From positions 74,836,001 to 74,900,000 of the forward strand of contig CM052816.1 of the NCBI GenBank assembly GCA_028534125.1: a DNA stretch of 64,000 nucleotides, in the 5' to 3' direction. The DNA is from Lama glama (Eukaryota). Of this stretch, positions 37,666 to 51,125 are shown piece after piece. The notes under the pieces are model-generated. The model ran no database searches. It was not told where the DNA came from and saw only the letters and a program-made list of their open reading frames with translations. Numbering within the stretch: the stretch's first letter is position 1; each line of letters starts with the position of its first letter. The translations under genes were made by a program, and so were the position numbers.

Positions 37666-39389
37666 TTTTTAATCCTCTTGGACCTACTCAGAAATTGAGT
37701 AGTTAGATAGCAAGAGAACTCAATATTGTCAACAGTTTTTAAAACTGTATACTAAATAATAATACATCATATTATATTAAAATAATATAACCCCTCTGAG
37801 GAGCACCTGTAGCAGAAAAAAGAAATGACAGTAAAAGCCCAAAGAAATAGCTATAGACAGAAGATTTTGACACAAGTAGGTAAAAGAACTTGAGCTAATC
37901 TATTTAAAGCCTAGTTAAGAAAACAATTTATATTTGCAGTGCCAAGAGTAGTGAGGAAAGGTAAAAAGTATACCTTTGTATTTGTATTTCTTTAAATTTT
38001 TCTTTATATGATATATACAATTTAAGTGTATTACTTAATTAGTATATATGATTAACTCATTAAAAATATTTTGGAGTGCCTACACTAGCAAAAAATTGTG
38101 AAATAGACCAAAATGATTATTGGCTTTCCTGTCTAGAACATACTCCAGGGTTATCTCAGCCTATTGCTTGCTGTCTTTGAACTATTTTACAACTAAGTTA
38201 TAGAAAACTGACAGCAATGCAAATGATTCTTTTTCATAGAAATGCAAATTGTGTCTAATGGAATGCAAAAATGATTATTTCCCTGTAGATATTGACTAGT
38301 GTCCTCCTTTTTGCATCTACTTGTAAATTCCTTTCAAGTCTAGATGTTTGTAAATTTGTTTGCTCTTTGTTTGCTCAGATTTTTCTATGAACAACTTGTA
38401 TCATCTGTTGGTTCCCTCATTATTTAAAAATTTAAAAAAATCATCTTTTATCACCACTATGTGTCAAGGATAATTGTTAAGTTTGCGGATAACACCCTAA
38501 AGATAGAGTTCCTTCCCTCATGGAGCTTACACTTTATCACATTTACTGTTTTAATAAAAACTTCCAGGATTTTGGAAAATATGAGTGAAAAAATATCTGT
38601 CTCTAATTAGGTGGTTTGCTTTATGTCAGTCTGTCACGTGAGTAAATGTCAACCCATCTTCCAACTCATTTGAAAGTTTATGGATCTTTCATAATTAGGC
38701 CAAAAATATTTAAGTTCCAAATACTCTTCAGAAAGTATAACTTCCTTTCTGTTCTAGGCAATATATCCTTAAAAAGTTGTTTTCAATAAATAACAGTCAC
38801 GGATGATTTTCTGAGTTGAGTTCATTTATATCTCTAGGTACCTTAAATTTGAAGCTAAGATTGAATTAAGCCAGGCCATCAGAGAATTATGTATATGTCA
38901 TATGTTCCCCTCACACATGAAATTGTTTTATTGAATTATACTTTGATTTGCCCATATCAATGTATGAGAAGTACAGAATTTATTTTTGTATTTATTGGGA
39001 AGATGTTGAAGACATTGTTTATAATGTCTACAAAATGAAGAAAGCCACTAAATTGATTAGCCTCAAAAAACCTAGTCTTCTCCTGAAGCATTGTTTTATT
39101 TTGTTTGGAGGCATAAAAATTTTTAACTAATTTTGTTTTCCTCTGTGCATTAATTGCTAGGAAGCTTGATATAATATTTCTGGCTTATACAGAGCAATGC
39201 ACAGGGCATATTGTCACAAGTATTACGTACTAATCTTATTGTCAACATCATCTTATTTAGTATCCTCTTATTCCTGGGTTCTTCAACTTCTTTAAATACT
39301 TATTACATTGTATGAGTAAACAATTATTAAATGAATATTTGTAGCTTCTTCAAATCTATTTTTGGAACCATATATCATATATGTTATCA

Positions 39390-39640
39390 GTGCTAACACT
39401 GAAACTACTATATGCTAAAAAATGCTAAACATTTTATAAATACTATCTCATTTTAATTCTAACTTCAATCTTAAAAGTATTATATTTATTCCTATTTTGT
39501 AGGTAAAGAAATTGAGAATCAAAGATTGTCCAAGGTCACATAGGTGGTTAGGTCCAACAACTAGTGAACAGCTGAGCTGGGACTTAAGTTAGGTCTACCT
39601 GACTCAGAATCTGTGTTCACAACCACTTTATTAGGCTGCC
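39390..39640. mobile_element. MIR SINE
   Basis: CCTATTTTGTAGGTAAAGAAATTGAG...TTGTCCAAGGTCACATAG...GAGCTGGGACTT. Confidence 0.75.
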
Positions 39641-40775
39641 TATATAAGTACATATATTGGGGGGGGGGGTAAACAAATAACTGGTTTTCTATTTAACCCA
39701 AACCTATGTGGAGCCAAGCTGTTCTATTCATGGTTCCTTATTGTTGAAATTGTACCACCTTGCTTTAATCACAGGGAAGGTTCACTGTGGAAATAAATAA
39801 AACAACATGCAAAATACCTAGAGGAATATCAGGTATGTAACAGGTTCCCTAATTAAGTGCAAACATTTGTTCCTCCTTTAAAAAAAATTCATTTTAGGAG
39901 AGTTAGTAGCCAATGTTGCCAAACATCAGTCTTCATCTGGAATCCAAGCCTCCCTTCCAATGGGCAAGTATTGGTTAACCCACCCTCCCCTTTTTTCCAT
40001 TGCCAATGACTTTAGCCCTCACCAACTCTAAGGCAAGTCATTTAACCTGTCAGCCTCAGGATTCCATGTGTAAAATGAGGAAAATATAAGGACAATGCTG
40101 GGGATCAAACACAGCAATTATGTGAAAGAGTTTTATGAAAAATAAAGTTTTAGCATCATTACTCATTAATATTATTTTGCTTTGTATAGAAATTACATGA
40201 TTATCTTTAAGAAGAAATGGCTTTATGTATACACAGTGAGTATATGGAGGAAATTTCCTGATTGGAGGATGTTATGACATTTGCTCCAATAATTGTGGAA
40301 CTATAAAAAGAATGTCACTCTCTAAGACTGTTTTAATTATCATCCATCCCAAAAGCAGGAGTTACTTCATGACTTTTCAGTGCTCTGTGGAACTTACAAT
40401 TTGGTGATCTCAGTATTTTTCCCATTTTCTAATTCACTGTCTTAATCTACTTTTTAAAAGATTGAACATGCAATTCAACAGAACCCTGCTTTCCATGTAT
40501 ACATATGCCAAAATATTATTTCTCATTAATGAATAAGGACATTTTGATGATTATCATTGTGGGTAAGGAGATATTTGCCCTACAAGATAAAATTATGGTA
40601 TGAGTAACTGATTTATTTTTAATCAATTATATCCTGTATTTTGTTATCATGCTTTATATTATTTGTTTACACATTTGATGCCCTCAGATTATCAAGGTTT
40701 TTGAGGCCTTGATCAAGTTACTTCACTATACTTAATGCTCCCTTATTTATAAAATCAACAAGTTGAATTAAAAGA

Positions 40776-40860
40776 TACTACTCAATAACAACAATAACAA
40801 CAACAACAAAAACCCAATCAAAAAACTACGCAGACGATATAAACAGACATTTCTCCGAAG
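40776..40860 (+). mobile_element. Isolated ~85-bp L1 ORF2 fragment
   Basis: AAAACCCAATCAAAAAA...AAACAGACATTTCTCC is homologous to 48486-48560. Confidence 0.65.
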
Positions 40861-41494
40861 TATGGTTTCACCAGGCTCCATTAGGGGAAATTCTGTTAAT
40901 GAAAGATGCTGTCTTTCAACATAACCTGGCAAAAAGCCAGATAAGGAAAAGCAAGAAGGCCTGCCCTGCCACGTGTTTTATACTTAGATACAATTCAAGT
41001 TTCAAGTTCCAGAGAACACTAGATCTAACAGCGGAAACGATCATTTATTTTATCTCTACTAGGAGGCTCTTTTTTCACACCTTTGCTTCTCTATTTAGAA
41101 CATCTTTCCAGATTATGAAAGAGATGTCTTTTTTTTTGCAAAGAGCGTCACAGGGCTACATTTTTGAGCTACATTCACCTGAAAAGCATAGCACTCTTTC
41201 CCCTGCACCAAGCTTCTCACATCTAAAATCTATCATCATCCTCAGAATCTGGATAAATGATAAGTTTTCATATGGCTGTCCTATTCACACTTCACAAGCT
41301 TCTGCCACCTCTTCTTCTTAGAAATTGTTCCGTGTTGATGACAGGAGAAAATGAATTTTAAGCTAATGATTCAACCCCTACATTCATAAATCTTTTTCAT
41401 ATTTCATAGTTATATTTCTATTGAAGTGTGATATTTGGACAGTACTCAAACTCGTTCTTATAAGTGGAACCATTCTTAAGAAGGTAGATGGGTT

Positions 41495-41850
41495 GTATAA
41501 ATATTTACTCAATGTCTAATTTGTGCTGGGTGTTCTACTAGGTGCTGGGGCTACAGAGATCAAAGGGCCCCTCCTGGAGTTTGTAGGAGGTCATACTCTA
41601 ACGAAGGACCCAGGAAGAAGTGACATTACAACACACTGTGATAAATACTATGATAAAGAGAAGTACAGGACAGTTGTGAAGTACACAAAAAAGGCATTTG
41701 AACTCAAAGAGGCATAGCAGCTTCTGAAAGGTGGTGATCTCTGAGCTGGGTTTTGAGAAATGAGTAGGTGTGAGCCAGACAAAAGAAGACCAGAATGGAG
41801 TAAAGCAGGCAGAGAGCTGCAAGGGAAAGCAAGAAAAACTTGCAAAATTA
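41495..41850 (-). mobile_element. L2 3' fragment
   Basis: AAATATTTACTCAATGTCTAATTTGTGCTGGGTGTTCTACTAGGTGCTGGGG...CTGAGCTGGGTTTTGA. Confidence 0.7.
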
Positions 41851-42719
41851 CAAGTAGCTTCATGCTCTTTGAAAATCATGCTCCAAATTTCAAGTTGGAA
41901 GAAATGAGATGGGAAAAGGAGTGTTTCCTCATCAGAGTAGAGAAAAGGTCACCAGAACACAACATTACAGATTAAGAACAATAAACTTAAAATTTTTTTA
42001 AGAGTTTGAATATTTTCATCCATTGAGTTTGGATGACACTTGGGGTTTTTAAAAGGTAAGAGTAAAAATGGAAAACTATTATCAGAAATGTGCACAAATT
42101 TAACCAATTTCCTTGTGCTTTGAATGTAAATTATGAACTTTTCCTTTAATTCTTCCAAATATTCCATTTGCTTTGGCACTATGGGAGATGGAGCAGTGTT
42201 AACTGCTAATGATTTGCCAGGATGTCTATCCAATGGCTCCCACCTTGTGTGACCCTGTGCCTCCTCCCCTTTGTCAATCCCAGAGCCAAATGTCTCTATC
42301 TGGGCCATCTCTTGACCACTTATCTGGTCTTAGAGTCCATAAGAACCCTCATCTTGATAGGCCAGATAAGCTCTAATGACTTGTCTAGCTCAAAAATTAT
42401 TTAAGTTAGTGATATTAAGTAAAATATCAATGTTATTTTTATACCCAACTTGCACTAAATTATAACTAGTGTCATTTATCAAAAGAAGTTTTTTATTTTA
42501 TAAAGTGATAGAAAAGTTTACACGTAAGAAAAGATAGATAAGAAGAAGCAAAAAAAAATTTAAGTAACAAATAGTGACCTCTTTTCTCAGGTATAAAGAC
42601 TTTTTATAGAGCTATTGTAATTAAAATAGTATCTTACTAATATAATAAAAAGATTGATGAAGCTGAAAAGAATGCTAAGATACAGATTTGAATAATATCA
42701 TCAAGTCTTATGCTGGATC

Positions 42720-43830
42720 TTCTTATCTTCTCTAGATTTGACTCTGAGGTGATCTTATCCAGTCTATGGCTTTATGTATCATTTATATGTTAATGATTTC
42801 CAAATTTTTATCCAGCTTAGGCTTGGTATCTCAGTTCTACACTTGAATAGCTACTTGTCTGCTATATTAGTCAGAGTTCTCAAGAGAAATAGAACCATAG
42901 GCTATAGGTAGATATATAGAAAGAGATTTATTATGAGGGATTGGCTTACACAATTATGAAGGCTAAGAAGTCCCACCATATGCCATCTGTAAGCTGGAGG
43001 CCCAGGAAAGCCTGTGGTGTAGTCCCAGTCTAAACCTAAATGCTTGAGAACCAGAGGAGACAATGGTATAAATCCTACTCCAAGTCCAAAGGCCCAAGAA
43101 CCAGGAGAGTTAATGTCCAAGGACAGGAGAGGATGGAAGTCTCACCTCAAGCAGACTGTAAATTTGCCATTCCTTCACACTTTTGTTCTGTTCAGTCCCC
43201 CAGTGGACTAGACACACCCATTAGCATTGGTGAGGGTGCTCTCCTTTATTCAGTCTACTGATTCAAATGCTAGTCACTTCTAGAAACACCCTTACAGACA
43301 CACACCTAGAAATAAAGTTTTACCAGATATCTGGACATCTCTTAGCCCATTCAAGTTCACATAAAATTAACCATCACCCTATATAGCAACCTACTTGATT
43401 CTTTGAAACTCTATTTCTCCCCAAGCTAGTCTTCCATTCCTCCCCCTCTTAATAAATGCCACCACAGTTCAAGTTCCTACAGCTAAAAACCTGATAATTA
43501 TCTTTGACTCCTTGCTTACCCTCACTCCTCACATCCAGTTCTAGAACAAGTCCTCTTGGTTCTACCTCCAAAATAAAGCTCCATCTCACTGCTACTATCA
43601 TAGTCTAAACTATAGCACTGGCATTGACTACTGCAAAGGCTCCCAGCTGATTTCACTGCATCTACTCCCGTCTTCCTCCAATCCATTCTCCACTCGTAGC
43701 AATTTTGTTACAAAATAAGTCAGATTATGTCACCCCCAACCTAAAACTCTTCAACAGTGTCTTATTCCAAGTTCTTAAAATCCAGGCTTCACCATGCCCT
43801 GCAAAGCGTTGCGTGATTTGGCCTCATCTG
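42720..43830 (+). mobile_element. L2 relic interrupted by an MLT2 LTR
   Basis: GGTGATCTTATCCAGTCTATGGCTTT...GATTTCCAAATT on the left; CTTTGACTCC...CACATCCAG...CTACCTCCAAAAT on the right. Confidence 0.65.
42863..43377 (-). mobile_element. MLT2-family ERVL solo LTR
   Basis: TATTAGTCAGAGTTCTCAAGAGAAATAGAACC ... CACATAAAATTAACCATCAC are MLT2 termini. Confidence 0.88.
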
Positions 43831-43862
43831 AACAGCAAAAGTGCTATTAAAGTATCATTGAA

Positions 43863-43974
43863 GAGGGAGGGTATAGCTCAGTGGCAGAGTGTGTACTTAG
43901 CATGCACGAAGTCCTCGGTTCAATCTTCAGTACCTCCATTTAAAAAAATAAACCTAATTACCTCTTCACCCCCC
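43863..43974 (+). mobile_element. tRNA-derived camelid SINE (vic-1-like)
   Basis: A box TAGCTCAGTGG 43874-43884, B box GGTTCAATC 43917-43925, non-tRNA tail; 14-bp TSD with 2 mismatches (43849-43862 and 43975-43988). Confidence 0.85.
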
Positions 43975-46900
43975 AAAATATCACTGAAATAAGTTGGAAA
44001 TTTAGCCCATTTATCTCATTTCTGTTTCTTACATTTCTGGCAGAATGTGAACTGGGCTCATGATCTTAATTAGGGACACAAGTACAGAAAAACAAATATC
44101 TCTCTCTTTTTGCTAGGGCAGACCCATCTCTGTTGAGTAGTTTTCTACAAGTAAGTGATGTTTTAGCATGTGTTTCCAAGCCATGTCAATAAGCTCTGAG
44201 AACAAAAGGACATCTGAAGTAATTTCTTCAATAATTGCCAAATTTCACAAACCATGTAATTGTCTCAATTTTTATAGAATACAGGATATTTTTGTTGAAA
44301 GAAATAAAAAGTCTCAAACTACCTTTATTGAAAACATACTAGGAAACCTTACAGTACCCACATGTAAGAAGTAACTCCACATCCTCCCTTCCCTACCCAC
44401 AAAATGAGCCCTTGAGAGTGGTTTATTTCCCTCACCACTACTCACCTCCCACCCTCACCAACACTCATCCTGAACCACAGGATATACTATCCGTTTAGCA
44501 TGTTGTAATCCAGTTAGTCATAATACAGTGTTGCCTCCACTCCAGGAATACTCTTTTAGCATTTATACTGCAAACTCTCAGTCATTCTAACACTGGGTTT
44601 TTAAGGTCATCTTATGCATACGCATTGCTCTCCATTAGTGATCTCTGTTGTGCTTAATCTGATGTTCAGTCAGAGATCTGTTATGATTATTTTCTTTGTC
44701 AGGAAGGGTGAATGAGTAATATTCCCTTGATTCTGAAAGGGGACTGAAATTTTGGGTGACTTCGGGATTGCTCATCCTAATCACTTCTTCTCTGTTATGT
44801 GTAGATATCATTTTACTGTTTACAAGCTTTCAGCTATTTTGACTGTTCACTTTTATAAACATTTTTTTTCTGAATAAAAGCTTGTAAAATTTTCTTTCTA
44901 AATTTAGAAATACAGTAATTTTACTACAAATACGTCTAGGTGTATGTCCCTTTTCATTATCTTATCTGGGATTAAGGGGCTTCATCAATCTGCCAAGTAA
45001 AGTCCACATTTCAAAGAATTTTTTTTCTATTATTTGAAGCTTCAGCTACTCATAATAAATTCAAAAATTTCCCAAGAGTACGTTATACTTGAAATATTCT
45101 TCCATTCATTTTATGTAAAACACTAAGTAAACTCACTAACAAATATAAAAATTCAAAAGAGACTAGGTCTTATTACCTACTGATTTCATAAAGAGCACAT
45201 CAAATAAAATTTCCCAAGCACAAACATGTTACAAAATATTCTAAAGCTACATCGTGAGTCTAAAATTAATAAATCAACCTCCACAGCAATTAATAAGGAA
45301 TAGTGAATTTGCTAAATTTTATGCAAAAGCTTTTATTAGCCATAAAAAAAAATCTTTGCTTGAATTATAAATAATCATGTTTTAAAAGGAAAGTAAATTA
45401 TAAAGGGGGAAAAAAAGGCCTAGTATAATTAGGATGGAAAGAAAAACTGATTAATATGACAATATTCTGCAGTAAGAATGTTTATAACTTAATTAGATAT
45501 AAGCTTTATTAGAAAGTCACCTCCTTAGAACCACAGGACTTAAATGGAAAAAGTTCACTAGACTCTATAGTTTCATTCTTCAGTTATTCCCTGCCTTCCA
45601 TCCACATCTCCAGGGCCTACATTAAAAGTTCCTGGCATTTGTCATTCTGTCAAAAATTTCTCCCTAAATACTGCCAAGGACAGACAGGGAGAATTCTGTC
45701 TACCCCAATCACTGGCAGAATCTAATAGCAAGCAAAATCTATTTTGATTTCCCCAAGCTACTCATTTCTGAATGTTACCCTTTCCTACAGGTATCTATGC
45801 CTCTTATGCTCTTTCTTTCAAAGGAAAGAAATATCTGCTCCTAGGAAATAATACGATATCATGGATTTATAGCCAATTCTGATTTTTAGTTCAAGGACAT
45901 TTTAGATATCACAAGCAAAAGAGAATGTACATATTTTAAGCACTCAGAAAAAAATTTTATCTATGTAATACACAGAAATAACACAAAAGTGAGCCACTTC
46001 TGATTACATGGAACTGTGCTCCGTCCCTCTGCACAAAAGATGGATAGGCTTATTACTGGATAGAAATTCCGCATTCAGCCATTTACCCTTCATATTTTTT
46101 TGAATGATTAGTGTGAGTCAGGCTCTGTGGTAAACACTTAGGTTGTAACTGAACTGATATGCATGCCATACATAATCCATCCATAGAAGAGACATATTTC
46201 ATTTACTTGGATATTTTTGCTGTGCCTCATCCCCAAAAGAACTAAAGGCTCCTAAGTGGATATAAGCCTTAGGAGTTCAAAAAAAGAGCAGACACAGAGA
46301 ACAAAAACCCAAGGACAGGGTTGCTAGGTTACTGGGGCATGAGGTACAGTGGTGTGGGGGTGGCAGCAAGAACCTCAGATGGTCCAAAAGAGAAGACAGT
46401 CCAGGTCAGAGCTGAAGTTAAAGGCTAATCAAGTGGTGTGAGACAGAGTCTAAGGGAGTAGTGTTGGGTTTGAAGCTGTGGTTGGCGATGGTGAGTCACA
46501 GGGTTGACCTCACGTAGGCAAAGCCCGAGATATAGAGCTAGGACTGTAAAATTGCACAGATCCAACAGGACAGTGGATTTGCCTGATGCAGACAAACAGA
46601 GATGACACTGAACCTGCCTAGAGTAATTCTCCAAAATGCTAGATGTCTCCCAAAAATTCCCAAGTAAGGCACAAAACCCAGAAGTGTGAAGCTTCAGGGT
46701 ACAGAGATATTGAAGGGAATCAGTAAGAAGCAGAGAGTAGTCAAGTGGAAGATACAACAGGAGAGCTTCTCTGACACTTGACAAAGGTTCAGACATGAGG
46801 GACAGGCTGCCACTGAGGGTGCACCACTAGGTTCAAATTAGACTGAAAAATAAATGGCAGGGTGGTGAGGAACCTGGACTAGGCATACAAAGTCTAGTAT

Positions 46901-47915
46901 CGACTGTGGTTAGCAAAACTGGTGGTTTCCATGCTCTGTCGGATAAGTGGTTCACCATTCAGGACTGACAATTCCAATGAGAGAAAAAAAGAAATGAATT
47001 AAGTCCAAATGAGAACAAAATGGGAACTGGCCATAGTTCTGGTCAGACTGAGGTAAATGGCTGTGGTTACCAAAGGCAGAGGCTCTTTCTGAATGTCTGA
47101 GACTTCAGAGAGGATCTCTCCTAGAAAAATGTTCTGTCCAAGAGTGCTATTGAAGAGCTTTCCTTAGCACAATCTAGAAGACACCGGTACTTAGGGGGAA
47201 AAAATTAGCTATAATAGATCAGTTTAGCCTCACGTGAAAACAGTGAAGACCCAAGGTAATAACCAGTTCTAGATTTAGGTTGATAAGAAAAAAAAGAAAT
47301 CAAAATGCCTCTTCTTTATACATTGTTACAGATGCAAAAGATTGGTCAAAAAAAAGTTACCCTCTGAAGTTTGAACTTAATCTGGGTAGCAGTGCAAATG
47401 AAAAGAATTTAGTAATGAAAGCCTAGAACAAATGCATAGCATAGCATGGAAATGAACGATTTAAACGGTAGTATGTGCACAGTACATATAGGCAAAAGCT
47501 TATGTATATAACTGATTACTACTTAAAATAGAAACATGCATACAAGTCCATATCAATCCAATAATGTAGAAAAGCAATTAGAATGGGAAATAATCCCAAT
47601 TCTACCATAGTAAGAGAAACTATTCTCAAAGAATCACTCAACAAATGCAGTTTGGGGTTTTGGGGGGCTACTGGAGAGAGGGAAAACAGAATTAAAAACT
47701 GAAATTGGAAGACGGTCAGGTAAATACAAACCCTGTAGGTATTTCTAAATCTTACTTCTTTAGGAATTTTGTGCAAGCTCCATTAGTCAACCAAAAAATC
47801 CCCAAAGGGATTAAATTAGCATAGCTTTAGAATTCTGCCTGTGGGTCAATGTTTGCCCATCAAAAGAACTTCTTTAAAGCTAAAGCTCAGATATAGTAAA
47901 ATCAATTTTTTTTTT

Positions 47916-48415
47916 NNNNNNNNNNNNNNNNNNNNNNNNNNNNNNNNNNNNNNNNNNNNNNNNNNNNNNNNNNNNNNNNNNNNNNNNNNNNNNNNNNNNN
48001 NNNNNNNNNNNNNNNNNNNNNNNNNNNNNNNNNNNNNNNNNNNNNNNNNNNNNNNNNNNNNNNNNNNNNNNNNNNNNNNNNNNNNNNNNNNNNNNNNNNN
48101 NNNNNNNNNNNNNNNNNNNNNNNNNNNNNNNNNNNNNNNNNNNNNNNNNNNNNNNNNNNNNNNNNNNNNNNNNNNNNNNNNNNNNNNNNNNNNNNNNNNN
48201 NNNNNNNNNNNNNNNNNNNNNNNNNNNNNNNNNNNNNNNNNNNNNNNNNNNNNNNNNNNNNNNNNNNNNNNNNNNNNNNNNNNNNNNNNNNNNNNNNNNN
48301 NNNNNNNNNNNNNNNNNNNNNNNNNNNNNNNNNNNNNNNNNNNNNNNNNNNNNNNNNNNNNNNNNNNNNNNNNNNNNNNNNNNNNNNNNNNNNNNNNNNN
48401 NNNNNNNNNNNNNNN
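47916..48415. other. Assembly gap (500 N)
   Basis: Run of n. Confidence 1.
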
Positions 48416-49453
48416 ACAGAATGGGAGAAAATTTTTGCAAATGAAACCGACAAAGGCTTGATGTCCAGAATATATGAGCAGCTCATACGACTTAATAAGA
48501 AAAAAACAAACAACCCAATCCAAAAATGGGCAAAAGACCTAAACAAGCAACTCTCCAAGGAAGACATACAAATGATCAATAGGCACATGAAAAAATGATC
48601 CATATCACTAATTATGAGAGAAATGCAAATCAAAACTACAATGAGGTATCCCCTCACACCAGTTAGAATGGCCATCATTCAAAAATCCACAAATGACAAA
48701 TGCTGGAGGTTGTGGAGAAAGGGGAACCCTCCTACACTGCTGGTGGGAATGCAGTTTGGTGCAGCCACTGTGGAAAACAGTATGGAGATTCCTCAAAAGA
48801 CTAGGAATAGACTTACCATATGACCCAGGAATCCCACTCCTGGGCATATATCCAGAAGAAACCCTACTTCAAAATGACACCTGCATCCCAATGTTCATAG
48901 CAGCTATTTACAATAGCCAAGACATGGAGACAGCCTAAATGTTCATCAACGGATGACTGGATAGAGAAGATGTGGTATATTTATACAATGGAATACTATT
49001 CAGCCATAAACACCGACAACATAACGCCATTTGCAGCAATATGGATGCTCCCGGAGAATGTCATTCTAAGTGAAGTAAGCCAGAAAGAGAAAGAAAAATA
49101 CCATATGAGATCGTGGAATCTAAAACAAAACAAAACAAAACAAAAGCATAAATACAAAACAGAAACAGACTCATAGACATAGAATACAAACTTGTGGTTG
49201 CCAAGGGGGTGGAGGGTGGGAAGGGATAGACAGGATTTCAAAATTGTAGAATAGATAAACAAGATTATATTGTATAGCACAGGGAAATATAGACAAGATC
49301 TTACGGTAGCTCACAGAGAAAAAAATGTGACAATGAATTTATATATGTTCATGTATAACTGAAAAATTGTGCTGTACACTGGAATTTGACACAACATTGT
49401 AAAATGATTATAAATCAATAAAAAATGTTATATTGTTGTTCAAAAAAAAAAAA
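48416..49453 (+). mobile_element. Young lineage L1: ORF2 C-terminus, 3'UTR, poly(A); 5' part hidden in the gap
   Basis: TEWEKIFAN...[40 protein letters not shown] and [14 protein letters not shown] (CCHC), with a stop and frameshifts; AATAAA and A tail. Confidence 0.95.
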
Positions 49454-50889
49454 ACAATGAAGGACAAAGGGACAAAGCTACCAGTGTGACCAAATACCTA
49501 ATTTACATGATTGGAATTTTAGCCACAAGAAGTCTTTCAATAGCAGACATTGTCCTAATGTGAAAATGACAATAAACACTCCATATCTGACCTTGCAGTC
49601 ATATTGAAATATGTCCCCGGCTATAAAAGCTACATTTCTCTTTTGTAGTGGAAGTCATTTTTATTTATAATTGGAAGTCATTTTTACTGAGTGAGAATTT
49701 TGCTTATTATTTAATAATTTTTGGCTGTTATTTGCCATGATGAATCAACCAATGCAACAGAAAAATATGTTACCTTAATTATCTCAAGTTAGTGGGTAAA
49801 AAACAGAGGTGACTTTCAGGTGTTAGGGGTTATTTTACAAATGAAATGACAAATGTGAAAACAATGTTTTAAGAGTATTTTAAACAGAGATGAGTAGAAT
49901 TCAGCAAAGGAGAACTGAGTGTCAAGAAAACATACAGGAGCATAAGCAAGCTCTACTCAGAAAGACTGACCTCATGGTAATCAATCCATATATATATATA
50001 GGGAACAGATTTACTATGCTGATTCTATATGTACAGATACCAACTTACAAACCATTCATTAGCATTAAGTGTAGAAATAAGAATAGAAAGAACATTTTGT
50101 TAATAGATTGTTAAATCTTTTTCAGTATTATAATTTGAAGCACAGCCGTTAAAATTATTGGGTTGCTAAAATAATGTAAAAGTAATTTAAAAACAGTTTA
50201 CTGTTTAAAAGAAAAAATATAAGCAGTTATAAAGACAATGACTTAGCAAATGATTCGTATAAGCAAAACTTAACGAATCAAGTTAACCATATGTAAAATA
50301 GAAAATAGCCAGGCACATTTTCTGCCATTAAACTCAACTTTAGCAATTAATTAAAACAGTGTTTGCCACATCAAATTAATTTGAATGTTATTAGTTTCGG
50401 AGTTTCCTTTGATAAATCTGGGTATTTTGGTAAACATTTTTAGTGAAAACAACTTTAAATTTAACCAGAATATGAAATATGATTATTTCTTATATCTTAA
50501 TGAACTCACATAGAACCCTCAAATTTGTCTAGAATTTTAAAAAACTTTTTATTAAAGTATAACATACTATAAATTTGCTTTCATTTTAAAGCAGTAAATG
50601 GACTATAACCATAAGTGGTTTATTCTAAATTTTTGATATGTGTTAGCATTATTACAATAAAAGTAATTATTGTAATAAGTTTTTCTTAGTTACAATAGTT
50701 AAGAGTTTCTCAAGAATGCCTCCCTTGAGAAATATTTAGTACGTATCTTACTCAATTTTGAGGATTTGAAATTTTTGAGGAATTGAATTGTGTCATATCC
50801 CCAATGTTAAAGGAAGTGTCAAACTTAATGCCTGTTTATGCTTGTTTTCCTAACAAATTGTTCATAAATTCAAAATTTAGTTAAGAAAC

Positions 50890-51125
50890 CACCAATTCTG
50901 TGAAGCTTTTCCTGACCTCCACACCAGCACTGTTAACAACGACAGTTAGTCACTTCCTCTGCAAATGGCCCTTATCACATTCCACTGTCCTTTTGTCACC
51001 TTCTGAACTTCCTTCCCAGAAAGTGAGGTCCTTCAGGACATAGTCTATAATTTATTCATTGGTGAAACCATAATTCCTGGCTCAGACTGGCACATGGCAT
51101 TCAATAAATGTCTAGTGAACAAATT
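50890..51125 (+). mobile_element. L2 3' fragment
   Basis: GAAGCTTTTCCTGACCTCC...CTGGCACATGGCATTCAATAAATGTCTAGTGAA. Confidence 0.6.

Noticed and set aside
40899..41321. 140-aa plus-strand ORF
   Set aside because: No recognisable domain or splice context; composition looks like random AT-rich DNA
43863..43940. Possible tRNA gene
   Set aside because: Stems are degenerate, and it has a SINE tail and TSD, so it is a tRNA-derived SINE
46260..47200. G-rich stretch resembling an ancient LTR
   Set aside because: No termini or diagnostic motifs that I can assign
47841..48678. Longest ORFs in the track (186-258 aa)
   Set aside because: Artefacts of reading through 500 N plus L1 sequence
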